DNA of 64,000 nucleotides from Eledone cirrhosa. Its lineage: Eukaryota. Positions 51,001 to 64,000 of the stretch are shown piece by piece. The stretch is taken from positions 192,820,001-192,884,000 of the forward strand of contig OZ024742.1 in NCBI GenBank assembly GCA_964016885.1. Direction: 5' to 3'. Below the pieces are notes generated by a model. That model was not told where the DNA came from. It saw only the letters and a program-made list of their open reading frames with translations, and did not search any database. The stretch's first letter is position 1; each line of letters starts with the position of its first letter. The position numbers and the translations under genes were made by a program.

Positions 51001-52111
51001 GTATATATATATATATACATATATATATATGTTAGACACGTAGTGATAACAACAGAATGTTTTAGTCACTTTAGAGTTCTAACATATATGTGTAGATCGT
51101 CAATTTTTATTCAATGTCTGGCCGTGGTGATTACCTGCCATTGGCTAATTTTCAACCAATCAGAGTAAGTGTTCCTCAAAAGCATCCGCCATGTTTTTTT
51201 GCTTGTTTTCCTAGTTCATTTATTTTTGTTATTTCGTCATTATATGATTTTTTAAAATTTATATTAACTATTTTTAAAACAAATGTAATATGTTGACGTT
51301 AGGGTTAGGCGGTCAATAGATAAGATGAAAGTCTAGCGTAAAAGTTTGTACAAATATTTTTAGATTTATCGTTTGTACAAAACGATTCTAAATTTTTGTT
51401 TGTAAAAAATGTTTAAATACTTCAAAATAGCGTATATTCATCTTCTATAATGTCCCATTTTTGTGCGCCCTTGTGCCAAATAAAGAAATATATCTTTATA
51501 TCTTGTTCATCTTTATATATTGCAATCGAGTATAGGCAGAGTTCCGATTGTAATACAAACTGCACTTTGTAAATATTTGTAAAAATAATTTTTCTAAAAA
51601 CATTGTAAACATTTGTGTCACACGCGTTTAAAAATCTTTGATATATATATATATATATATATATAAAACTGAGGTTGTCTGTCTGTCTGTCTCTCTACTA
51701 AAACGGTCGCCACACATCTAAACTTATAGATTGAGCTCCAGCGGAGAGATCGGTCAAAACAAATTTCAAATCGAATGTGTAATATTGATGTTTCAGTTAA
51801 AATGTATAAATACAGTTGCGAGACGAGTTATTTCCCTTTAATGCAACGTCAGCAGACGATAAATTATTGAAAAGGCGCAAATTTTCACTATTACACATTT
51901 GCATTATTGTCAGTATTTGCCTTTCATCCTTACGGGGTCGATAAAATAAAGTACCAATAATACACTGTCACTATAAGTAGATGCCTATTCACGAACAGTA
52001 TTGAAAATATGTTCTTCGACAAATAAAAATGTATTGTTCATACTATTTTGACTAGCGCTTGTTGTTCTACTCCACGCACGACCACCACAAATTGGTGACC
52101 AGCTCAACACA

Positions 52112-52265
52112 AGTATTGGTAGAGCGTCAGACACCATGCTTTGCAACATCGTTCTAAGTTCAAATCCCGCCGAGGTTAACTTTGCCTTTCATCCTTACCA
52201 GTTCGATAAAATAAAGTAGCAGTAATGAACTGCGATAATGGTTTTGTGCCGAAAAATAGAAACAC
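52112..52265 (+). mobile_element. SINE, diverged
   Basis: B-box and core of the dominant family. Confidence 0.8.
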
Positions 52266-52823
52266 TATTAATGTGCAATAAGAGCAAAATCTCACGACAT
52301 TGCTCAATTATTTTATCTAATGTTGCAACAATACAGGGAAATGTAGTTTGTGTATTTTTTTAAATATTTGCTCATAGGCTTTTCCAATTTCGCTCAACCA
52401 ACAACTATTAAAAAGAGAGTTGCTTAAGATAACAATTTAATCACAAATTGTTATTTTCTTTTAATACACTCCAAAATGTCATCAAATTATGTGCAAATAG
52501 AACAAATCTCATTAATTTGCTCAGGGAATAAAGAAAATTTATATAGACTGATAATTGCAATTGTATGTAAATATTTTATTTTTATTTTGTTTATTTATTT
52601 AATGTTTTCTATTATGTATAATATATTGATTTAATATTGATTGTTTTTTGTTGTTGTTTATATTAAAAGTCTGAAAATACTTTTATACATCTTACACTAA
52701 TATTTATAAGATCATTTATAATAACAATTCTATAATCTAATTACATTACAACGATCATTTATTATTAATATATATCATGTTTAATTAGAGTTATTGCAAG
52801 CGTTGCCTTAAAAAATATTAAAC

Positions 52824-53183
52824 TAGACCTGAAAAATGCGCAAGCTCAAAAGTGCCACAGAATGTTATTATAAACCTTCAAAAGTGTGGGACTAGAGGTG
52901 TTACTCAAAACTATTGTAATCATTATCTATCGTACATTCTGTGGCATCCTTTATAAAAATATCACAATAAATACATCTATGTTTAATAATATTACGTAAT
53001 TATTTATAGCTGTTATTACATTAAACATAGATGTATTTATTGTGATATTTTTATAAAGGATGCCACAAATGGTACGATAGATAATGATTACAATATTTTT
53101 GAGTAACAACTCTAGTCCCACACTTTTGAAGGTTTATTATAACATTCTGTGGCTCTTTTGAGCTTGCGCATTTTTCATGTCTA
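52824..53183. repeat. ~360-nt imperfect palindrome
   Basis: 52824-~52990 is inverted at ~53015-53183; right end abuts (TA)/(CA)n. Confidence 0.88.
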
Positions 53184-53208
53184 TATATATACACACACAC
53201 ACACACAC

Positions 53209-53357
<149 letters not shown>

Positions 53358-53766
53358 GAATTAGTATATCTACCAAACTATTTGTTGAGTAAATATGTTG
53401 GTAGTAATACTAATTCTCTATTTTTATCTCCAAACTATTTGTTGAGTAAAACTTGCCAAAATTTACTGCTGTGTTTCATGGTAGTAGTAGGCTATTGTCA
53501 TAATACCACCTCACTCCTCACTGATTAACCTCAATGTCACGTGATTGATCCTTTAGAATCTGCCACTGACCAAAGGGCAGTGAATGTTTTCAGTGCTTTG
53601 GAATTTAGTCCCCGCTAGCTTTGTTCCATCCACTGAATTATTATTTTTATATGGGTTCCTAGTGTCCGCGCATTGCCTGGGAACTTAGCTGAGAATAGAC
53701 TCCCGATGACGTAAGGTATTCTCTATAGTTATCTTACGGAACTATATTTATCCCCTTACAGAAACT

Positions 53767-54575
<809 letters not shown>

Positions 54576-55477
54576 CCATACATATAATCCATAGCTTGTT
54601 ATAATTTGGTGAAGAAAACAAATATTACTTGTTCCGTCCCTTAAAAATGGGTTATGCACTAGAATACCCTAATAACACAGTATTTTATTAACGATATACC
54701 AAGATTTCAATTTTTTATATTTTATATTTTTCATAGAGTTTAATAACAAATTTGTAATGAAAGTATTTATTACTTTATATGATTAATGTGATCGCCTCTT
54801 CATATTGCATTTTTATATTGTGAGATAACCCTTCGTTCTACTCATATTGATTAGCTATTCTTTTTTTCTATATAAAATCAGATTCGTTATTGAGAGTTAA
54901 GTAGATATATTTTCAGATTAGTGTGCGAAATTATAATAGAAAACGCTTAGAGAAATTTAAAACGGCAATTATTATACATTTGTAAAATCAGTGCGCAATA
55001 TTCCAATCAAATGTAATATGATTAAAGCCTATATCTATCCCCAGCCTCACATACTTTTCTTTATTGTTCACACTAATTACAATTCGTTTTAGCTGATAGG
55101 AAAATATATATTAATTTTATTATTCAGAACAATTGCTACTTCAATTGGTCTATAAGAATACATTGAATACTATGATTAAGTACAAAAAACAAATACGTGT
55201 TCATTTGAGTAGAGAAACCTTATGATTAATCTCATTAAATAGTACATGGTAGTATCAGATGTTCCTAATTTGAATTCAGTGTGTAACATGAAATGGACCT
55301 CTGTCGGTTTCGACGACGAGTGTCCCCGTTGTTCGCTCAGGAGTACAGCCAGCCTTAACATGAAAATATAAAGGGCTGCGTATTTCACTCTTAACGCATG
55401 ACATCTGTCAATCTGAGGCAATGGTAAATGACACTTGTCTATAATGCTACACTGTGGAATCGAATTCAAGATCTAAT

Positions 55478-55651
55478 AATTGTTTCTACTTTTGGCACAA
55501 GGCCAGCAATTACCCAGTGCATTACTGGTACTTTATTTTATCGACCCCGTAAGGATGAAAGGCAAAGTCAACCTCGGCGGAATTTGAACTCAGATCGTAA
55601 AGGGACGTAACTATGCTGGAAAGCATGGCGTCCGACCCTCTACCGATACTG
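55478..55651 (-). mobile_element. SINE, near full-length
   Basis: Reverse complement nearly identical to the 36731 copy. Confidence 0.9.
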
Positions 55652-57149
55652 CATCTAATAATGGCCATACTTAGTCAATATAGATCTACTAAAAGACGTT
55701 ATGTAAAAACACAATAAACACCATTAATAACGGTTTCTAAAAAGATTGGCCCAGAACACACAGTTTTAGGGAGCGAGATTTAATTGAGCAATTCAGTACT
55801 TCACGGGTAAATGTTATTCATGTTGATAAAACTCTGTCAAAGTCCCTCTTGGCGGGATTTAATCTTAAAGCGTAAAAATATTCTGGATGGCTTTAATAAT
55901 GGTTTCTGGCTTAGGCATAAGGCCGGCAGTTCTGATTGTGCTAATGGAAAGTTGATTATATTGGCCCCAGTACTTGACTGTTATTTTAATTCATTCAACA
56001 TGGAAGGATGAAAAGTAAAACTGCCTCTGCTCAGGATTTGGACATGGAAATAAAGAGCCAGAAAAAATAATGCTAAGCATTTGTCCAACGCTCAAATCAC
56101 CTTGAAATCCCACGATAATAATGGTCTCTTCTAAACCTAGCACAGTTTATCGGGGAGATGTATTATCAATTTAATTGATTGATCCAGTAGTTCATTGATA
56201 CGTATGTTATTCAAAGAACAGCAATCAAATAGAAGTCGGTCTCGGTGTGATTTGAATTCAAAACGTAGAATCAAAACTAAATATCACTTCACCCCTTAAA
56301 AATAACTCAGTACTAATATATTTCATATGCCATCAGCGTATGTTTATTTCTGGTTAGATATCTACCGTTACCTGAAATTCAATAGAATTTCATAAGCAAA
56401 AATGATAGACTAAGGAACCTTATGATCAGTGCAGTCAAGTCATGGCCATTAATTCGGTACATTTTCAGCTAATACTTTCAAAATTGGTTATGTTGGGATT
56501 CGAACGTTCCTCACATTTCTGACACTAAACCACTGGAAACCCTGGTTCTACGATACAAAGCTATAAATTGTTTATATTTATCTTAATTCTTTCAATCATA
56601 ACTTTATGTAAGAACCTTTGTTATGCTCCAAGCATCAGTATAATATTGAGAAAGTTAGTTGCATTACTAAATCCTTTAACATTCTTGATTATCTTCAATA
56701 TTTTTTGATAATCATAGACACTTAATTTACCACATTTAGAACTAAATTTAACCTATATTTTAAACATATTGAAGATTGTAAAATCATTATATTTTTGTTA
56801 GTAATTTGTAAAGTGACTATCTACCTACCATACTTTAGTCTAAATCAGCTTCATATTTCCTTAAACAATGTTTATTAACTTGAAAAAAAAAGCAAAAAAA
56901 GAAAATAAAGATACATAGCAGAATATTATAATTGTCTTATTCAATAATTTAGAACGATAGCCATCTTGGAAAGTTTTAATGATTCTCCCAAAGAATATAT
57001 TATTGTGGAGAAATTAAATCACAAGAATACAAAAATAAAAATAAAAATGTCTTCGTTAGTGAAATTGTATTATTATAATGCTACTTTCACAATTTGTAAT
57101 AAGAAAGAAATTGTGATAAATAGATAAGGCATAAAGAAATGCACACGCA

Positions 57150-57195
<46 letters not shown>

Positions 57196-57487
57196 CAGCT
57201 GTGAAAGACAGAATGAACTATTTCAATTTATAGAGAAAGCTTAAGGAAATGTCTGCTATAGTATTTTATTTTTGAAACATTCAGCTATTTACCCGAATAA
57301 TAATAAATAAGAATAAAACATACGTTTGTCTTTATAACATTAACAAACCTCAGCCGTTATCATTATATAAAACCTATATTAATCTAATCGATTAAAGTAA
57401 TAAAATATTAAGGTGATCCTTTTAAATTGCATGAATACTATATTGATTTAACTTTTGTATTGTTGTGTTTTGCTTCTTTCAACTTAG

Positions 57488-57646
57488 CGGCACGTATCCT
57501 AAAAGCAATGAATATGTCAATGGAACCTTGTACCAACTTCTATCAATATGCATGCGGAGATTGGATAGACACACATCCAGTAAAGCCATATAGTGCAGAC
57601 GACATTTTCAGGGAGGACATAAAAATCGAAAAACTACGAATTATTG
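57488..57646 (+). CDS. M13 peptidase exon: start of Peptidase_M13_N
   Basis: ttag acceptor at 57487; joined to the previous exon gives [35 protein letters not shown], the neprilysin/ECE signature; G|gtgag donor. Confidence 0.92.
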
Positions 57647-58870
57647 GTGAGAGTCGAACAATTTTATATTTTTTTCTTCTTAAATTAAATCTCCCAAATA
57701 CTGTTTTTATATATAACTGATAATTTATGGATATAAAATTTGTCTGTTTGCCTTTTTATACAAATACAGAAACCTATCGAGAAATACAAGTTAAATATAA
57801 TCACATGCTTCACTAAAATTGATATGTAATTTGGTTGTAAATCAGGCAAAAATTAAATTGACACAGCTGTTGGTGAAATAAAATCTTTTCCGCAAAATAA
57901 GTTGTGCAAGTCTTATAGTGAAGTTTTATCCATAAAATATTTCTTGCCTGACAAAACAGAAAATCAAACATAATGTTGAGTTTTATTGAAATCTGCTTTC
58001 TCTTGAAATGTAGTCGTTTAATGAAGTTTTCGAATAAGTATATTTCAAGCTGTCAACACTAGAGTAGATAATAATCACGTTATTTCGAATCTTCCTTTCG
58101 CGAAAACTTTTTTCTATATATATTTGATTTTTAATGTATTGCCGTTACTAAATAAATGTGCCAATGCTTTCAAGCTTACTCCAGTTTCTTTTTCTGTGTG
58201 TGTTCGTGTTAAACACGCTTGTCCTTGGGTTATGGCGCAATATAGTCACGAGTTTTCTTTTTTTATTTTTGTAGTTGGAATTATTTGGGTTCAACGCTGG
58301 AAACTACACTGTATCTGATTTTAAAAATAATTAAACTTTGGAAAAAACAATTAACCACAATTTTCACGTGGTATATGTTTGTTATATCTGTGGTAATTAC
58401 TAGACATTTGTCTTTCGAATCATTTTAGGTTTCATACTTTGAACTGGGATTTAAATTAACAAAAACAATGAACCGTTATTTTAAACATAGGATTGCAATG
58501 TATGTTTAGCATTATGTCATAGGTCCACGACGTAATATCTAAATTGACAAAGTTTTAATTATGCGATCGTTAATGTCTATTTTCTTTGGTAAAGCCTCAG
58601 CATTTTGTCACGCGTTAGACCAAATACATTAAAAAAGCACAGAATAATGACCCTATGGTGTATCCATATCTATGGCGTTTACGTTTTCAGAGTGAGGCTA
58701 AATGTAACTTTACTAAACATACACACCTGTAAGATTATCTTAGATTATTATATATTGCACCATGAGTTGATTAAAAAAATATTGCATTAAGATGCACTCT
58801 ATTTAAACTTTGGAGATCTTCATTGTTCTTCCTAAGAGAAATAATTTTCATTAATGATAATGGAAACCAA

Positions 58871-59088
58871 GGGTGGTGGATTGACAGTATCGGTAGAGGT
58901 TTGGACGCCATGCTTCGCAACATAGAGTTACGGTCCTTTATGATCTGAGTTCAAATCCCGCCGAGGTTAACTTTGCCTTTTATCCTTACGGGGTCGATAA
59001 AATTAAGTACCAGTCACGCACTTGGGTCGATTTAATTGACCTCCCCCGCCCCCAAAATTGCTGGCCTAGTGCCTATATAAGAAACCAT
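58871..59088 (+). mobile_element. SINE with 17-bp target-site duplication
   Basis: cattaatgataatggaa at 58849-58865 and 59086-59102. Confidence 0.9.
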
Positions 59089-59831
59089 TAATGATAATGG
59101 AATACTTTCTCCCATTCCGGGTAATATTTCAATTGATAAAACAATTATCTTCGGCTCATATCATTAAGTATGTTAATCCACACTTAACAGTAAGGAGAAA
59201 ACACGCGGCCAAATGCACCAATATAATTTGTCTAGGAACAAAAATGAAATATGAATCATGGAAGCCCAAACAATTTAGTTACAGCGTGAACCTCTTAACC
59301 ATATGACCATCACATAAAAGGGTTTCTAATTTAGACAAAAAGGCTAGCAATTTTGTTTTTGGTGAGGAGAGTATCGACGAAATCGAACTCAGTACTTTAT
59401 TGGCTCTCAGAAATTTATTGACCCTGGAAGTATGAAAGGCAAAGAGGATTTTCTGCGAGATTTGAACAACGAAGTAAAATTCGCAAACAATTTTGTTCGA
59501 CGCACAAACGAATCTACTAATCAACCGACTTATAAGCAAAGTATATAATAGCAAGAACATATAAAGAAGTAAATATAATGGTATTCATAATGTTAATAGT
59601 TATGTAATAACTATTTCATAATTAATAGTTTTAAAATATATTTACATATCAACACCGATACTAAATCAATTATAAGACTGACATAGTAGTTATTAATATT
59701 TATCCATGCATTCATCATATTCAATAGGGTTATAATTGTTATTTACTTCAGTTTTCAGATCTTCTAAACAATATTCAAATATTAGTCGCTCTTAATAATT
59801 AGCATCAAATATTGAGAGAAATACACTCACA

Positions 59832-59880
<49 letters not shown>

Positions 59881-59903
59881 GCACGCACACGCACACACAC
59901 ACA

Positions 59904-59952
<49 letters not shown>

Positions 59953-59997
59953 ACACACACACACACACACGCGCGCGCACATATGTATATATGTAGC

Positions 59998-60495
59998 AAA
60001 GAAATTATGGTAAGAAGCCAGTTGGGCCATAACGCACCAGAGTACAGCTAGATCCGAACTAAACCAGTAGTATTAGGACGGTAGGGACCTAGCTGAACTT
60101 ATCAAGGGGGTACAGTCCATATATGGGCATCCAATCAAAACACACCAGTAGTATCATGTCAAACAATCCTAGATATTGGTGTTTTTCTTTTTTGTCACGG
60201 GGAGTGGTCAAAGATTTTGGGATGTCATATACATACTTTAATTCCATAGTTAAATTGATACGATACTACTGCTGTGTTTTGATTGCATGCCCATATATGG
60301 ACTGTATCCCTTGATAAGTTCAGCTAGGTCCCTACGGTCCTAATACTACTCATTTAATTCGGATCTAACTGTCGAAACTTCGAGAGCTCAGCCAACGGGC
60401 TCCTGACTCTTTTCCTATTACCCACTCTATTAAACTAAGCATCGAGTACTATGATGCCTTATGGTTCACCTGGTTCCTTACCACACTTTTTTCGT
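59998..60495. mobile_element. Inverted-repeat (MITE/fold-back) element
   Basis: 60046-60155 is inverted at 60263-60372; outer arms are also related; flanked by microsatellites. Confidence 0.75.
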
Positions 60496-60525
60496 TATAT
60501 ATAAATATATATACATATGCATACA

Positions 60526-60621
<96 letters not shown>

Positions 60622-60692
60622 TACATATACATACACACACACACACATATATAATATATAGAAGTGGTTACACAACAGTTAGTTCACAATAT

Positions 60693-60730
60693 CGAGAACA
60701 ATTGTTTCACCTTAGCGGTTCCTCAGCTCG
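60693..60730 (-). ncRNA. Minimal type I hammerhead ribozyme
   Basis: cgag-CTGAGGA-acc(gctaa)ggt-GAAAC-aatt-GTT-ctcg; palindromic stem III. Confidence 0.75.
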
Positions 60731-63524
60731 TAATGGACATGGTTATACGGAATAGGCAATACTAAATTGCGTGCGAGAAGTGTAAGGGAGATAACTGTGA
60801 AAGTCCAAAAGTTTCTAGTTGATAAGAAAATTAGGATGTTGTTGCAATTCAGTCCAGAGATTTTTAGTTATATATGAGGTGTTTCCAGACGTGTGGACAA
60901 CGTGTGAAGAATTCATTTCTCGAGATTAGGCAATCACTATTGCGTAATCTCTTTAGAATATTTATTCGTTCATCAATACATAGTCCACACAATGAAGTGC
61001 CCCTTGCGTATGGCTTGGACTTAGTGATGGCTTTCCATTGAATGGAGTAGTCTATAATTGAGTCCTTGAGGGACCATACGTGGCTCGCCAGTTTCGTAGA
61101 TGAACGTCTGTCCGGGTACCTAAAGGTCGACTGGTTGTTCAGGAAGTGTTCCTTAAATCGTCCCTCCGCCATACCCACATAGGATTTGACCTCCTGTGGT
61201 TTATTTGGTCGGTTGGAAGTGACCACAGCTTCATAAACTACAGCGGGTGAGTTGCATTGCTGTTGAAGGAGACAAGCTTCGGGCTTACGGCAAGGACACT
61301 CTGGTGAGGTGTTGGTGATGTGAGCCTTCATCTTCTTAGCACAGGAGTATCGTAGTTTTACTTTGTGTCGGTTAAAGATGGAGCGGTATTTAAGACCTAT
61401 GGGAGTGTGTCTATCTAAGAGGGCTAGATATGTTTTGCCTACATTGGTTTTAACGTTGAGTGAGAAAGGAGGAGAGAACCAGATAATTTGTCTATTGTTA
61501 CTCTTTCTTTTCTTATTGCTGTTGTTGTTAGTGGGAGAGTAAGTGATAGGTTGCGAGAAGCCGCTGTTAGCTAACGCCATGTTATAGTAGGGTGCCACTC
61601 TGTCAAATATAGCCTTATTAGAGGAGAGGTTTGAGATTCTAGTACTGATATTATTTACGAAGTTTCTAAAAATAGTGGGAGGGTGGCATGATTCCTTGTG
61701 AATGTAATTAAGTCTTTTGTTAAGTTTATGGAAGGGTCTGTAGGTGTGTGTGCGAAGGTTTAAATTAATGTCTAAGAAATTTACGCTAGAGAGGTTGGTA
61801 GCTACTGTTATCCTAAGTCCTAACTCATTGAAGTTAGAAGCTAAGTCTTTTTTAAACTGGTCGAGGTCGTGACCACTTTCATGGCTCGATAAGGTCAGTC
61901 CCTCGTCGCGGTATATTCCCGTGTGGAAGTTCGGGAATCTAACACGTAATATGTCTAAAATAAATAGGCCAACCAAGTCGCATACGTCAGCACTGTCAAA
62001 CGATCTCCTGGAGACGTCGAATAGGTCTGAAGTTGTTTATTTATTTGCCCTGGCAACTCCGTTGTTGAAGAGAAGGATTTTCCGGCAGTGAGCAATGATT
62101 TCCCTGTCTAAACCATCGACGGTAGTGTAAGTGGTATGCTAGTCCAACACTTTGTTTAACAGAGTCTCTGAGATCGACGGGTAAAAATCAACAATGTCAA
62201 ACTGTGAACTTCGCTTTTTTGAATTTGAAGGAATTAAACCACTTAATTACGGAGTCGCTGTTCTCCCACTGGGACAAGTTGGACTTGGTCCTAATGGTCT
62301 TAACTATGTTTCTAGTATGGCCTTACTTACTAGTCCCATATCTGTGTGTGTTGGGTTTAATAGTCTACATGTGGGGTTAGAAAAAAAGTCTAGCTTGTGA
62401 TCTTTCAGGGTGAGGAACGCCTCCCGCTTAGCTAGAGATTGAAGCTTCGTATCTACCTTAAGGGCGGCGGCAAGTTCTTTGGTTTCTGTATTAGTGTCAT
62501 GGTAGGCCATAGGGTTAGCTTTCTTATATTTTGAAGTAATAGCATTACGAGCCAAGTGGCGGTAAGTGGTGTTGTCGACTTCGTAAATATTATTAGTTAT
62601 GTCGGAAACAACGAAAGTGTTATTAGAAGACCTAAATTTCTTAATATTACTTCTAATTTTAGTTTGAAAGGTGTTAGGTTGTTTGCGAAAAGAGCAAGTT
62701 CAGTTACCTTATGAGAGTAGGCTCTCGATTGCAGGTTCAAGGTGTTATTGGTGCCTGTAATATTGCCGTCGAAAAGTAGGGCTTGCCATCTTAAGCGTCT
62801 GACGACATCTTCCGATTTTTGTAGTAGAAGCTCTTGGTAAACATGGTTGGAGGGAGTGGGAAAGTTATTCAGGGAGTAATCCAGTTCGTATAAATTCATA
62901 CTGACGCTGATGAGTCACAAAATTGTGTAGGACACGAGTATATAGAGAGCGCTCATACTCACTGTAGTTTATGAAGCTGTGGTCACTTCCAACCGACCAA
63001 ATCAACCACAGGAGGTCAAATCCTATGTGGGTATAGCGGAGGGCCGATTTAATGAATGCTTCCTGAACCACCAGTCGACCTTTAGGTACCCGGACAGACG
63101 TTCATCCACGAAACTGGCGAGCCACGTATGGTCCATAAATGACTCAATTATAGACTACTCCATTCAATGGAAAGCCATCACTAAATCCAAGCCATACGCA
63201 AGGGGCAATACGTCGGGTGGACTATGTATTGATGAACGAATAAATATTCTAAAAAGCTTACGCAATAGTGATTGCCTAAACTCGAGAAATGAATTCTTCA
63301 CACGTTGTCCACACGCCTGGAAACACCTCTTACATAACTACAATGCTCCAGATTGTATTACAACAACATCCTAATTTTCTTATCAACTAGAAACTTTCGG
63401 ACTTTCGCAGTTATCTACCTTACACTTCTCGCACGCAATTTAGTATTGCCTGTGTGAAGTAATCGTCTCTGCGCATACGCGTTCGTACAGTTGTCCTTCC
63501 TATTCCGTATAGCCATGTTCATTA

Positions 63525-63562
63525 CGAGCTGAGGATCCGCTAAGGTGAAACAATTGTTCTAG
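63525..63562 (+). ncRNA. Hammerhead copy with substitutions in stems I and II
   Basis: cgag-CTGAGGA-tcc(gctaa)ggt-GAAAC-aatt-GTT-ctag. Confidence 0.55.
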
Positions 63563-63657
63563 GTATGGTGAACTAACTGTTGTGTAACCACTTCTACCTA
63601 ACTCGTCCCATGGACTGAGTGCTCTACCACTACAGATATTACCTTTCAGTGTTCTAC

Positions 63658-63790
<133 letters not shown>

Positions 63791-64000
63791 TTGACAATTG
63801 CACAGAAGACAACGCACCAAAAGATTATGTACAACAAAGCTATAAGCTTAACGCTTAATATTGTAGCAAAAGAGTCTCAGCGTTTCGGACAGAAGTACAT
63901 TACCAGGAGATAGAATGTATGTGGTGTTCATATATCGACACTGTCCCTCCTTGCATCTAATGCTATACACTACATTCATAGTTTACATTTAATATCTTGG

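Noticed and set aside
51660-51900. Non-autonomous Helitron-like 5' end (TATATAAAA...(GTCT)n)
   Set aside because: No matching 3' end identified
53703-53745. CCGATGA-cgtaag...cttacg-GAAC hammerhead-like motif
   Set aside because: Two core deviations and no stem I or III
59759-59800. Possible next M13 exon after ttttcag
   Set aside because: Stop within 15 codons, no donor, no M13 similarity
62907-62940. CTGATGA-gtc...gac near the PLE start codon
   Set aside because: No GAAA or stem III follows; coincidental

Overview
AT-rich, repeat-saturated eukaryotic (animal) genomic DNA. The dominant tRNA-derived SINE and the dense (TA)n/(CA)n/(TTA)n tracts resemble an octopus or other coleoid mollusc, but this is inference. 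One host gene is visible on the + strand: a type II membrane M13 (neprilysin/ECE-like) metallopeptidase. It has three phase-compatible exons (11749-11879 transmembrane; 18342-18998 Ser/Thr mucin-like stalk; 57488-57646 Cys-rich M13 N-terminus) and a 38.5-kb intron. Nearly everything else is mobile DNA: Penelope-like elements (PLEs, one with an intact 799-aa RT/GIY-YIG ORF) sitting in (TA)n tracts and forming fold-backs; a ~17-kb nest of Dong/R4-type and Tx1-type LINEs on (TAA)n tracts; a decayed Helitron; a long-TIR DNA transposon (probably Sola2); mariner-type MITEs; and many SINEs. The most notable non-coding signal is a set of at least seven sequence-distinct type I hammerhead ribozyme motifs, including a 592-nt non-coding tandem unit with a U3-A8 variant core (retrozyme-like). 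There is also an HDV-like pseudoknot candidate at the 5' end of the near-intact Dong/R4 LINE. All RNA structures were folded by eye, and no database search was run.
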